DNA from: Hyaloraphidium curvatum SAG 235-1
Lineage: Eukaryota; Fungi; Monoblepharomycota
Direction of reading: 5' to 3'
Assembly: GCA_025558095.1 (NCBI GenBank)
Contig: JAIVFI010000014.1
Span: forward strand, 688,702-752,701
Length of the DNA stretch: 64,000 bases
The notes beneath the pieces were generated by a model. It saw only the letters and a list, made by a program, of their open reading frames with translations, was not told the origin of the DNA and searched no databases. The translations under genes were made by a program, and so were the position numbers. Numbering within the stretch: the stretch's first letter is position 1; each line of letters starts with the position of its first letter. Of this stretch, positions 44,987 to 56,439 are shown piece after piece.

Positions 44987-45523
44987 TCAAAGGGAAGGGG
45001 GAAGGACGCTTCGGGTGGACGGAGCAAGGGTGGAGGGGGAAAGCACATTGTCTAGTAGCACGAAAGGCGCGCCTGGCCGCGCCGGATATCTGTTGTCTGT
45101 GTCACCTCTGACGCAACACGAGCCGGTTCTCGCACCACATCGATCGCCTACGTCCATCGCAGAGAGCAAGCGAGCCCGAGAACTAGGAGCAACAAGCGAT
45201 TCGGGATCAATCGAGCGGCGCAGGGGACCTACCTGACGCTGGGGATGGCGTGCGGGTTGTGGCAGACCCAGACCAGGTCTGCCGAGGACACACTACTCCC
45301 CGGTCTGGGTCTGTCACAGGGTGAGCGGCCGTGGGGCGGGGACGCGGGCGGCGGGATCCGGCGGGGCTCGTGCCGGGCGTCGGGATCGGATGATCGGGGC
45401 ATCGCACGGGAGGAGCTTCGACGTGGGGTCCATTGTCGGATCTTGTGACAACAATGCATGGGTCCGTCCGGCGGTGACGCGTCGCGTCATGCATTGCCCC
45501 TCATCCACTCCCTAACCTCCGCC

Positions 45524-45940
45524 ATGTCGCTCTCCGCGCCCCTCTCGACCACCCTCCTCCTCCGCGCGCCGCTCGCGTTCGGCGCGTACCTCTCCGCGTG
45601 GTCGCGCCTGCTCTCCCCGCTGTTCCTCGCGCCGCTCCCTTCCGCCGCGGCCCCGACGCTGCGGGCGACCGGCGCGCTGTCGTGCGCCGCGCTCGCGGGG
45701 GTGCTCTTCGGTTTCGGGCACTTCCAGGTGGCGGTGGGTTGCGGGGTGGGCTACTTCCTCGGCCGCGCGGCGGACGCGGGCGGGTCGGCGTGGGCGCGGG
45801 CCGCGGACGCGTTCGGCGCGCTGGACGGGCGCGACAAAGAGCTGCTGACGCGGGGGACGATCACGGTGGTGAACATCGTGGGGGCGGTGCTGGCGCTGAG
45901 GGGGGAGGCGGGCGCGCTGGCCGCGCTGGCGGGCAAGTGA
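45524..45940 (+). CDS. Small hydrophobic membrane protein of unknown function
   Basis: gccATG context; several hydrophobic segments. Confidence 0.5.
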   Translation: MSLSAPLSTTLLLRAPLAFGAYLSAWSRLLSPLFLAPLPSAAAPTLRATGALSCAALAGVLFGFGHFQVAVGCGVGYFLGRAADAGGSAWARAADAFGALDGRDKELLTRGTITVVNIVGAVLALRGEAGALAALAGK

Positions 45941-46129
45941 GGCCGCGGGAGGGGGAGCGCGTTCCAGGCCGTGGGAGGTCATTCATGGCGATGCGTTCCT
46001 TGATCGAGTAAGGTATACGGTGTAGATGTGATGATGCCTAGATGGTCAGAGAGTGTCGGTATCTTCCATGTCCAAGAAGGCATCCCGGCGCCGTTCCGGG
46101 TCCCCTCCCCTTGAGTCCCGCGCCCCCTC

Positions 46130-47266
46130 CTACGCCGCAACGCACACCACCACGCTCCGCCACAGCACCGCCGCCCCGCCCCCTTCGACGACCCACCCCT
46201 GCTGCCCCCCCGGCTCCGCCACCGCGAGGGCGGTGAACCTGTCGAAGGAGACGGTGGCGTTGCGGTTCCACTGCACCGTCTGCCCCGCCGGCACGCTTAT
46301 CTCGGCGCGGAGGAAGCCGTCGCGGTCCGAGTAGAGCACCGCGGTGCCCTGCGCACGGAGGGCGAGGGAGAGGAAGGTGACGGCCGCCGGGGGTGCCTGC
46401 GGCGACGAGAGCGAGATCGACAGGAGGGAGAGCGAGGACGAGGAGAGGTCGAGACTGAGCGGGCCGAGCGGGATGGCGGCGTTGGGGGTGGCCGGGTCCG
46501 CCAGGCAGGGGATCAGGTCGACGCAGGTGCGGCCGTCCACGGGGAACGGGGCGCAGACGGGCTGCCATGCGCCGTCGGGGGAGGGCGGGGCGCAGGCGGG
46601 GAGGGTGGTGGTGACGGTGATGACGGAGGTCGAGGTGGTGAGGGTGGTGGAGGTGGTGACCGAGGTCGAGGGGACCACGGTCGTCGACGTGGCCAGGCGG
46701 GTGGAGGTGGTGGTCGCGACCGAGGTGAGCCACTGCGTCGCCTGCACCCAGGCGGTCTGCGTCTTCCGCACGGTCGAGGTGGCGAAGCGGGTCGATGTGC
46801 GCAGGCACAGCGTCGCGGTGGTGCGGAGGGTGGTCGTGCGGGCGACCCAGCGCACCGATGTCCGCGTGGAGGTGCGCCAGGCGGTGCGCGTGATCGTCGG
46901 AGTCCGCGTGATGGTCCGCGTGACGGTGCGGAGGACGAGCTGGCGGGCGCGCAGCCGCCCGGCTCCCGCAGCCGAGTCCGCGTGCGGGTCCGCGGGGGCG
47001 CCCTCCCGCCCGGCATCGGCGGGCACCGCGGCGCCCATCGCGGTCACCGCCGCGGCGAGCAGCAGCGCCGCCAGCAGCAGCAGCGCCCACCGGGGCCGGC
47101 CCGGCCCGCGCACGGTTTCCCCCGCGCCGACCCGCCGGCGCCCCCTCCCGCCCCCCGCCGGCTCCCCGCCCTCCGCCGGCCGGGGATCCCGGTGCCCAGA
47201 TTCAATATAGGTATGTGTCCGCCTCGGAGGGCCCATCAGGGGCCCGCGAGGGCGTGGAGGTGCCAT
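46130..47266 (-). CDS. Secreted or membrane-anchored protein with an Arg/Thr-rich mucin-like stalk
   Basis: Hydrophobic WALLLLAALLLAAAV segment, then TVTRTITRTPTITRT...TTSTTLTTSTS, then a small Cys-containing beta-rich domain. The start is uncertain. Confidence 0.55.
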   Translation of the reverse strand: MAPPRPRGPLMGPPRRTHTYIESGHRDPRPAEGGEPAGGGRGRRRVGAGETVRGPGRPRWALLLLAALLLAAAVTAMGAAVPADAGREGAPADPHADSAAGAGRLRARQLVLRTVTRTITRTPTITRTAWRTSTRTSVRWVARTTTLRTTATLCLRTSTRFATSTVRKTQTAWVQATQWLTSVATTTSTRLATSTTVVPSTSVTTSTTLTTSTSVITVTTTLPACAPPSPDGAWQPVCAPFPVDGRTCVDLIPCLADPATPNAAIPLGPLSLDLSSSSLSLLSISLSSPQAPPAAVTFLSLALRAQGTAVLYSDRDGFLRAEISVPAGQTVQWNRNATVSFDRFTALAVAEPGGQQGWVVEGGGAAVLWRSVVVCVAA

Positions 47267-47622
47267 TGTGTGTCCGATGATTGCGGCGCGCGGGGCTGAG
47301 CCCGCTCCGCCGCGGCGGCATCCCCAGCCGGGCCCAGCGCGCAAGGTTCGGCAACGCCGCCCGAGACCGCGCCGAAGGGACGGGATCCGCCATCCGACAG
47401 ACAGTCGGCGGTCCGGGGGCCGCTTTGGTCGCCCGCTGTTCCGGCCGCTCTCGGGCACGGAGGGCGGGCCCCGCATCGGAGGGCCGGCGGCGATCTGCGC
47501 CGATCGCGGACGCGGGGTGGGACGGTGGATGCGGGGAAGATGCTACGATTACCCAACACGGGCAGCGCACGGTCTCGCTCCCCTCTTCCTCCCTCCCCGC
47601 CGCGATCCCGTCCCCGGCTCCC

Positions 47623-48755
47623 TCAGAGGTTCTTGCCGAGGAAGTCCGCCGCGTCCTCCACCGCCTTCTCCACCGCGGCCTTGACCTCGGGGCTGGCCAT
47701 GTTGCCGATGTCGGCGCGGTTGACGAAGCCGTGCTTGACGCCCTTGAAGGCGATCACCTCCGTCGCGGGCTGCACGGCCTTGAGGGCCTTGTAGTACGGG
47801 CCGTCCTCGCTGCAACGGGGCGGCGGCGTCAGTCCGCGGTATCGCGAGGGGGGAGGCGGCGCCGCACGCACAGGTAGACGGGGGGGTCGTTCTCGGCGGG
47901 GCAGAAGAGCATGGGCGCCGACGACTTGCCCAGCAGCTCCGCGGCGTTGCCCCCAAACACAAAGTCCTCCAGGTGGATCGACGGGTGGAAGATGGCCGCG
48001 GCATTGACGTGCGGCTTGAGGTCGGCGTCGCCGGCGGTGTGGGCAATGACCCAGCCTCCCCTGCAAAGCGCGCGGGGCGGTGAGCCGGCGGCGGCGGCGG
48101 GGAACGCGGCGGGGGACAGACCAGCAGTACCCGACCATGCCGATCTTCTCGGCGCCGCCGGCCTTGAGCGCCTCGAGGCACGCCTTGATCTTGGCCTTGA
48201 GCTCGGGGAACTTGAAGTTCTGCAGGTAGCCGACCAGGTCGTTCATCCTGTTCTCGATGTCGAAGTCCGGGGGCAGGGCTGCCGCGCGGCGGAGCGTCAG
48301 CGACGGGCGGCACGGGCAACGCGGGCGCAGGACGCACCGTCGCCGTCGGTGCCGCCCTCGAAGGGCGGGGTGAGCAGCTTGGGCACCATGACGCGGTACC
48401 CGCCGTCGCCGTAGTTGTCCGCGATCCCGCGGAGCCGGCCCGAGTTCCAGCCCCACACGTCGGGGATCATGAGGATCTGCGGTTGCGGCGATGCGGCGGG
48501 GGGCACCGGCGGGAGGCAGTCAGCGGCGCGGACGGCGGGAGGGGACGGCGACCCATACGGCCTTCTTGGCGTCGGCGGGGCCGGTGGTGTACACCTCGAG
48601 GCCGGAGGGCAGCGTGCCGGTCTTGCCCTTGGTCGCGTAGTCGGCCTTGAGGTAGCTGGTGCGGCGGGCGGGCGGGGGTGAGCGCCCGCGCGGCGGGGGC
48701 GGCGGCGCACGCACGGCTCCGAGTTGGGCGGGCAGCACGGCGCGGTGGACGACAT
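47623..48755 (-). CDS. Dienelactone hydrolase family protein (copy 1), multi-exon
   Basis: CCPP N-terminus, IPDVWG, GYCWG nucleophile elbow, FHPS, ENDP, HGFVNR. Confidence 0.88.
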
Positions 48756-50195
48756 GGCGGCGGCGGGGATGCGGGGCGGCGGCCGGTGGGGCGGATGGAA
48801 GGGGGGAGACGGTTTGGCGGACGCGTCGGCACGCGCGCCGATCCCGCGGGCGCGGGGTGGGCCCCGGCGATCGGGGGCCGAAGGAGGGCCGGATGCCTTC
48901 TCCGGACCGGTGCAACCGATCAAGAAGATGGAGTTGAAGGTGGATGGACGGGCGATCCGCTTCGGGAGGACCGCTCGCGGCGGATTGCACGCCGGAACGT
49001 GGTGGAATTCGCACTTCGAACGGCAAGAGATTGTGGACCGACGGCACAGAAGGGTCCGCATCGTCAACCATAGTGTTTCTTAATCAGTTCCACGAACTGC
49101 TGGTTTTTATTCACCTCGAGGCTGGCCGGCCCCAACTGTACGCGGCACGGCAAGCCAAACCTCCGGTTCAGTTCGTGCAGGTGCGTGCGGAGGCGACGTG
49201 GAGGCGGTAACCGCGCGGTGGTTCATGAAGAGGGATCCTTGCGTGGAGTCTGGAGTCTGGAGCCGTTGTTCACATTTATCCACAGCCAAAACAGGCTCAC
49301 AACCCCGCTTTCTCCGGGCCCGTCGAAGCTCAGTCCAGACTCTTTGTGCCCGCCACGGCTGCCGGCACCTGCAATCAGCCTGCGGCGACCGCGACAGCAA
49401 ACCGCAGCACCTACCCCGCTCTCACGACTACACGATTGGATCGGGCGCACGCCCAGACCCGCCCAAGGACCCTGCTATCCACTGCCAGGCGCAAACAGAA
49501 TGCATTCGGGAGGACTCCGGGCGCAGGACAGGCCTGCAAAAGCGTTCCGAAGATGCCATCCGCCATGGGTGCGCTGCGTCGTGCGGGACGGACAGGGCGG
49601 CGGGGGAGCCTGATGCCGAGCCGACTCGGGCCGCCCCCGCTCCAGACCAGCGCGCTCGCTTGGCGGCGCCCGTTCCGCGCGGCGCAAGGCCATCGGCAGG
49701 AGACATCGGCCACAGAAGATGTGCATGCTGCTGTTCTCGGAGGAGGCATGGTGCTCGATAGTAGAACGTCCAAACGGTTGGGGGTACGCGACAAGGTCGA
49801 GGGCCCTCTACATGTGCTCTGCACGCCAGGGGCTTACGGAGGCCCCGGTACGCGGCACGGCACCGATCGGCAACGCGGGATCATGCTTTGCGTCCGCGGC
49901 AACGGCGGCGGCTCTGCTTGGAGGCTTTTGGGACGGCCAGGACTAGGAATCGGGCTCGCCGCAGGGTGCGGCCACGCGGCCGGCCGGTCTGCCGGTCGGG
50001 TATGTGGTCTGGTGGAGGCGGCGGCTCAGAGGCGCGACGAGATGGAAGCGTAGCCCTTGGATTCTTCGAGAGCTGCGATCCAACTGCTACCTCAGCTCCA
50101 AAGAACTAGCCATCTCAATGGACCAATATAGCGGTGCGGTCTTGGGCCCTGACTGCAAGCAATCCTTGCGCATGTTCCGCACTTTCCTTTGAACG

Positions 50196-51032
50196 ATGCG
50201 CACCTTCCCGCCGCTGCTGGCGATTGCCGCCCTCACCGTGCTCGCGCTTCTCGCGTGGCCGATGCCGTCCGCGGTTGCCGCGCCCGCCGCGCGCGCGCCC
50301 TCCGCGCCCGGCGACGCCGCCCGCCTCGCGCCGCGGCAGCCGCGCACCTCCGCGCGGCGCCGCACGACATCGCGCCGCGCGACGCCCCGCGCATCCACGA
50401 CGCAGCGCCGCTCGTCGACCGCTCGCCGCTCGTCGACCGCTCGCCGCTCGTCGACCCGCGCGGTGGGCGGCCGCCGCACATCACGCCGCGCCGCTAACTC
50501 GTACCGCTAATTCGCACCGCCAACCCGCACCGCTAATTCGCACCGCCAACTCGCCCCGCAGACCACCGCACGCCCGCCCACGCCGTCCGTCTACTGCCGC
50601 CGCCCGGCGCTCGCGATCCCCGACCCCGGCAACGCAACCGACGCCGTGCTGGTGCCCGCCATCGGCACCGTGCGCGACCTCGACCTCGTGCTCGACGTCC
50701 TGCACCCGTACGCCCCCGACGTGTTCATTTGGCTGCGCAGGCAGGACGGCCGCACCGCCTTCGTCTTCCGCACCTACCCCGACTCGCGCAGGCGAAACGC
50801 ACGGCGCGCCGTGGCCCCCGCAGCTTGCCTTCAGGTGCGGCGCAACATCACGCTGGACGACGCCGCCACGGTGGGCCTGCCGACCTGCGCTCCACCACGG
50901 ATGCGGCCAACGGAGGGCCTGGACAGGTTCAACGGCGGGCCAGCAGGGGGCCTGTGGAGGCTTACGTTGCGCGATGCGGTCGCCCAGGACAGGGGGACCC
51001 TTTACGGCTGGTGCCTGGTCATCCGCGTGTGA
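50196..51032 (+). CDS. Secreted protein with Arg/Ser/Thr-rich linker and a stand-alone proprotein-convertase P-like domain, one intron
   Basis: Signal peptide; IPD...VRDLDLVLDVLHPYAPDVFIWL...LDRFNGGPAGGLWRLTLRDAVAQDRGTLYGWCL matches the P-domain pattern (H...DL...L, GxWxLxVxD..D.G.L..W.L). Confidence 0.7.
50409..50457 (+). repeat. Coding 18-bp tandem repeat (about 3 copies, RRSSTA)
   Basis: cgctcgtcgaccgctcgc units. Confidence 0.75.
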
Positions 51033-51302
51033 GCGGGGGACTGCTCATCATAAGGCGCAGGGGTTCGGTGTGCCGCGCAGGCGGGATATGTAGACGACCC
51101 ACTAAGAATACCGCGCAAGCCCAGACCCGCGCAGGGCCGCTTTCTCTTGTGACTGGCGTGCGGGATGCTCTGTTGAGAAACTCGGACGCAGGGCACGGTT
51201 TTCATAAGCCCTCGAAGGTGCCCTAGTGCACCATGTGGAGCGGACGGAGGGGTTGGGGAGGCGTTGATGCGACATGCATTTGCTGACCCGTGTGGCTGCG
51301 CG

Positions 51303-52958
51303 CTACATCCCTGCCAGCACTGCTGCGAGTTCGTCCCTGACCTCTGCCGCCGTCGGCCGGTGCCTCCAATCCCGCCTGCAGCACATCCTGTAGACGCGCT
51401 CGAGCTCCCGCTCCGGCGCGCCACCCTGCCAGTCGGGCGGCCTCCCCTGCCCGAGGTAATCCCTGACGATCTGCGACAAGGAGCGTCAACCGCCGACACG
51501 GGTGCGGGACCGCCAAGCGCGTCGCAGCCCACCTGATCCCCCGCCATCCTCCCGAACGGCCTCCGCATCCGCGCCGCCGCGCACCAGCACATGACCCCGA
51601 GCGCCCACACGTCACCCGCCCTCCTCCCCTCGGGCGTCGCCCACCCCGCGCGGTCGATCCACAGCTCGGGCGCGGCAAAGTGCACCGAGCCGTGGGGATG
51701 CCGCGCGTCGCGGCAGGAATACACGCCCAGGCCGATCCGGGAGAGGCCGAAATCCGCCACGGCGGCGCGCGACGGGAAGAGGAGCACGTTGGCGGGCTTG
51801 AGGTCCGCGTGGACGAGGGAGCACGCGTGCAAGAAGGCGACGCCGGCGGCGGCGTCGCGGAGGTGGGAGACGGCGAGGCGGAGGTAATCAGGGCCCTGCG
51901 CGCCGGCGAGGAAGGCGTCGAGGGAGGAGTCGGCGCGGGGGGAGACGGTGCGCCGGGGGCGGGTGCCGAAGGCGATGAGCTCCAGGACTGCAAGCGCGGT
52001 ACAGGGTGGAGGCGGTGAGGGGCGGCACCGGGTTGTGCCGATGGGGCCCACCGTGGTCGCGGCCGTCGTTCCCCGCGAGGTCCGCGTTGGCCGGGTCGGT
52101 CGCTTGGCGCGAGAGGAAAGTCCAGTAGATGACCTCCTTCCTGAAGGCTTCCATGGCCTCAAAGTGGATGGGAACGTCGCCGGCATTCCTGCGGGGATCG
52201 ACGGCGTACTTGACCGCGACGGGCCGGCCGCGGTAGCTGCCCCCGAACACGACGCCCTGGCCGCCGCTTCCCAGCACGTCGTTGAAATCGACCGCCAGCT
52301 GATCGTCGTCGATCTGCGCCGTGGCCATGGTGGCCTCGTGCTGCGCGGCCCGAAGGTCCACCAGGTCCCGCGTCGAGCCCGCGGCCAGCTCGCGCGGGGC
52401 CTGCCCGGCCCGGTTGCGAGCCGAAAGGTCGATCGCCCAGGGGTGCTTGAAGAACTCGCTGATCAGCGGGTCGGATGCGTTGCGGCACGCGTGGTGGAAC
52501 GGCGTGTTGCCGTCCCGATCGACGCGGAGCGGGTCGACGGCGAACGCGTCGGTGAGGGAGAGGAGGTACCGCACCAGGGCGACCCCGCGGTCCGGGAAGG
52601 ACGCCGAGCTGGCGCAAATGGCACCGAGGCCGGTCTGTCCCGCCTGTGTGCCCGCCCACTTGGGGCCGTGGACGTCGCCGAACGTGTCGACGAGCACCCT
52701 CACGGCATCGACGTGGTTGTGCCTGCACGCGAGCGTGAACGGCACCTCGCCTTCGATGTCGACTTGGTGGTTCTCTGCTCCGCCTTCCTGCAGCGCCAGC
52801 ATCACGTCCGCGTGGCCGTTGCGCGCGGCCCACATGAGCCCCGTGCGGCCGCGCGGGTCGCGCACGTTCGGGTCGAAGCCGGGCGATTCGAGGAAACCCC
52901 GCACGGCATCGACGTCTCCATTTTGGCAGGCAGCGAACCACCTGCGGAGGTCCGCCAT
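51303..52958 (-). CDS. Ankyrin-repeat TKL kinase 3 (diverged paralog), 3 exons
   Basis: MADLRRWFAACQNGD resembles kinase 1 (MADLSVWFRACKDG); ankyrin repeats; GSGGQG, VAVK, HADLKPAN, DFG, APE, DVWALG. Two GT-AG introns restore the frame. Confidence 0.85.
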
Positions 52959-53110
52959 CCGCGTCCAATGCAGGAGAAGGGAGGGCGGCCCGTTGACGCG
53001 ATCGCGTTGTCGGCCAAGGGCAAGGGCTTGCCATGCCGATCTTCCGCGCCATCCTCGCCCCGGCCATCGCGGCGTCCTCAGCCCCTCTGCGCCTCCTATC
53101 CGCCGCAAAG

Positions 53111-54318
53111 ATGTCGTCCGGCTGCTGCCCGCCCAACTCAGAGCCGTACCTCAAGGCCGACTACGCGACGAAGGGCGCCACGACCACCTTGCCGTCGGGC
53201 GTCGAGGCCTACGTCGTCGGTGGGCGGATCGGCCGCCGGACGCGTGGAATCCCGCTCATCGTGCCCGTCCGTGTGCGATGCAGGCCCCAAGGATGCCAAG
53301 AAGGCGGTCGGTCCCGCTGCCTTGGCCCCGCGCGTGGCCCCCGCTCACCCGACCGTCCCCCACGCCCTCCCTTCCCGCTCCCCAGATCCTCGTGATCCCC
53401 GACGTGTGGGGCTGGAACTCGGGCCGTGTCCGCGCCATTGCCGACAACTTTGGCGACGGCGGCTACCGCGTCGTGGTGCCGAAGCTGCTGACCCCCCCGC
53501 TCGAGGGCGGCACCGACGGCGACGGTGGGTCCGGTTGCCCATCACGTGTGGCGACCGGGGAGCTGATATCGCCCGCCACCCACGTCCAGCGCTGCCCCCG
53601 GACTTTGACATCGAGAAGCGGATGATGGACCTCGTCGGGTACCTCAAGAAGTTCCCCTTCGCCTCGAGCCTGAAGCCCAAGGTCGCCTCGTGCCTCAAGG
53701 ACATCAAGGCCGGCGGCGCGGACAAGATCGGCATGATCGGATACTGCTGGTTTGCCCCCGCTCCGTCAGGGCTGTCGGGATCACGGCTGATCCCGGTCCC
53801 GCCCGCCTGCCAGGGGAGGCTGGGTCATCGCCCACACCGCCGCCGACCCCGCGGCCGGCCCGCTCGTCAACGCCGCGGCCATCTTCCACCCCTCGATCCA
53901 CCTCGAGGACGGCGTGTGGGGCGGCAAGGCCGCGGAGCTGCTCGGGAAGTCGTCCGCGCCGATGCTCTTCTGCCCCGCCGAAAACGACCCGCCGGTCTAC
54001 ATGTGGGTCCGCCGCCGCCGATGCTTGCGTTGGTTCCGGTGCTGATGGGCGAAACACGGCAGTCCGGGCGGCCCGTACTACGACTCGCTCAAGAAGGTCC
54101 AGCCCGCCACGGCCTCGGTCCCTTTCAAGGGCGTGCAGCACGGCTTCGTGAACCGCGGGGACTTGGCCGCGCCCGGCGTGAAGGAGGCCGTCGGGAAGGC
54201 GATCGACGACGCCGCGGCGTTCTTCTCGACCACCCTGTGGGTTGGCCCGTCGCTAGGCGGACGGATGCGGGGTTGTGCTGACCGTACGTTCGGCAGGGGA
54301 TCGGGACAGAAGCTCTAA
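53111..54318 (+). CDS. Dienelactone hydrolase family protein (copy 2, inverted paralog), multi-exon
   Basis: CCPPNSEPYLKADYATKG, IPDVWGWNSGR, GYCW, ENDPP, HGFVNR; highly similar to 47623-48755. Confidence 0.88.
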
Positions 54319-54399
54319 AGGGCGGCAATATCATGGCAGCCACCTTGTTCTCCGAGCGATTACAAGTAAACCGACGCCCCGCGGTCGAAGCTGATTCAT

Positions 54400-55169
54400 G
54401 TCCCCCCCGGGTCATTCCGCCCCAACCCCGATCCATCACTCGACCGGATCCCCGTACTTGTTCCGCTTGGGACCCTCCGGCGCGCCCTCGGTCTGCGGCT
54501 TCGGTCCGCGAGCGGCCGCCGGCGGTGGGGGCGGTATGTACAGCGTCGTCCCCGGCGGCGGGCCCTGCGGCCAAGGCCCCATATCCTTCGGGAACCTTCA
54601 CCTCCGTCAGCCTTACCATAAAGCGATCGCGGTTCACCCACGGCCAGTTCGGGTTGTACTCCTCCTCCCCCAGCCCCCTCGCCTCGCGGTCCCTCCGGAT
54701 CTCGTCCCGCACGAGCTCCACCAGCGCCGAGCCCTCGAGGTCCCGGCCCAGCCGCGTTAGCGCGGCCTGGCCGCCGAGCATGGATCCGAACACGAGGCCG
54801 ACGATCGAGAACACTTCCACCGGGGGGCGATGAGCGCGTTTCGGGGGGGGAAACGCGTCGGGGCCCACCGCCGTACGCGACCGCCGCCCTCCCGCCCTTG
54901 AGTTCCCGCCTGACCGTGACCACCCTGCCCAACCCCAGCCCGACCGCCGTGCCCGCGGCCGCCGACCCGCGGAGGGTGGCCCACGCGCGCCTCACTGCGC
55001 GGTCCTCGTCCGGGGACAGGGTGTACCGCGAGGTGCGCTCGGCGAGGTGCCTGAAGAAGGCCTGGTCGGGCTGGTACGTCTGGTGCTCGGGGGAGTGCGC
55101 GGGGGAGTCGACGGGGAAGAGGGAGGAGGACGAGGATGGCGAGGAGGAGGGGGGATCGGGGGAGGACAT
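54400..55169 (-). CDS. Hypothetical membrane protein (two Gly-rich TM segments), spliced; 3' end uncertain
   Basis: AAAGTAVGLGLG and FSIVGLVFGSMLGG segments in two exons. Confidence 0.45.
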
Positions 55170-55273
55170 GGTGCGCGGAGTTGGATCGGATGGCGCGGGG
55201 GGCAAGGGATTCAAACAGACACGCGTTCGCGTTCTCCCAGGTGTGAATTCAATCCAGAAACCCCGGCCATCGA

Positions 55274-55969
55274 TCAACTTGCACCGGAGTGTGCTTCATC
55301 ATCCGCGGGTCCCTCGGCACACCAGCGTTCCGCCTCACGCAGCGTCCGCGCAGCGTACACGTGGTCCGTGCGCGCCGCCAGCCTACCCCGCATCCTCGGG
55401 TCGTCCAGCGACACCGTGGGACGGTGCGGCCGCAACCACGGCGGACCCCAATAATGCTCCGGACCGGCGCTCTGCGCCGGGTCCAACAGCCCGATCGGGC
55501 GGCGGTACCAATGCGACCGCGGCGCGAACGAGACCGCCACGCACTCGAGTACCGGTTTCGGCCCCGCTGCGGGGGCAGCTACGGGCTGTGGCCTCTCCCC
55601 GGGATGTGACTCGACTTCCGGCGGGCGAGACTCCCCGCCGAGTGCCACGACCGTGGTCGCAGCCGCCTCCGCCGGCCACGGTGGTTCGCGGTGCCTCCGC
55701 TCCTTCGCCTGCCAGAGGTACCCGACCGCCCCCGCCACCGCGTCGCGCAGCCGCTGCACGCTCATCGGGGGCCCGCAGAGCGCGTCCAGCAGGCGCCCCG
55801 TCACCAGCGGCGGCAGCCAGTGCGGCACGACGGCCGGCGCACGCAGCCGCCGCCCGAACTCGCGCGCCGCCGCCGCGTCGTCCCTGTCGACGATGATGCG
55901 CCCGGCGCCCGGGTTCGGTTCGAGCGCGAGGTGACCCGGGCCTCCGTCGGGGTCCCTGCCGCCCCACAT
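55274..55969 (-). CDS. Hypothetical protein
   Basis: 231-aa ORF of plausible composition (HYWGPPW..HRP); no family recognised. Confidence 0.35.
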   Translation of the reverse strand: MWGGRDPDGGPGHLALEPNPGAGRIIVDRDDAAAAREFGRRLRAPAVVPHWLPPLVTGRLLDALCGPPMSVQRLRDAVAGAVGYLWQAKERRHREPPWPAEAAATTVVALGGESRPPEVESHPGERPQPVAAPAAGPKPVLECVAVSFAPRSHWYRRPIGLLDPAQSAGPEHYWGPPWLRPHRPTVSLDDPRMRGRLAARTDHVYAARTLREAERWCAEGPADDEAHSGAS

Positions 55970-56439
55970 CGCTGCGGCGAGTTCAAATCAGACGGCGGCA
56001 ATGTGGGGGTCCCCCGTCAAACCCGTGGCTGACGCGGGGCTCGCTGGCGCTCGCAGAGCCGCTCCGCGGCAAAGCTACATGGCAGACCGCGGTCGGGATG
56101 CGGTTGGATTCATAGCGACGGTAACGCATCGCCCTTCCGCCGCAAAAGGTAGAATCAGTGTCCGTTCGCGCACCGGTGTAGAGTCACAGCGGTGCCAGCG
56201 ACACGAGGATATCCTGAGTCGGCACATCCCGGCGGCGTGATGGATACGTTCCTTCAATACTACAGAAACCCGCTGGAGGGTTCGACCTCGACCCGGCTTG
56301 CGTGCGGCTTGACCTCGCCGGACCGCTGGCTGCGGCGGCGAACCAGCATCCGTCCGCGCGGGGCACTCCTTCCCGATCGTCCGTCCTGGTTCGGCACCGC
56401 TTAGAGCGGGCTCGCTCGGGGCCGACCGGGGCGTCCCGC

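Noticed and set aside
48760-50190. Coding or ncRNA feature in the long intergenic gap (likewise 42800-43800)
   Set aside because: No recognisable protein motifs, tRNA/rRNA structure or terminal repeats could be supported by eye.
51960-52060. Ankyrin kinase 3 as a frameshifted pseudogene
   Set aside because: A phase-1 GT-AG intron (GRDH-V-LELIAF) and a later intron give an uninterrupted kinase domain.
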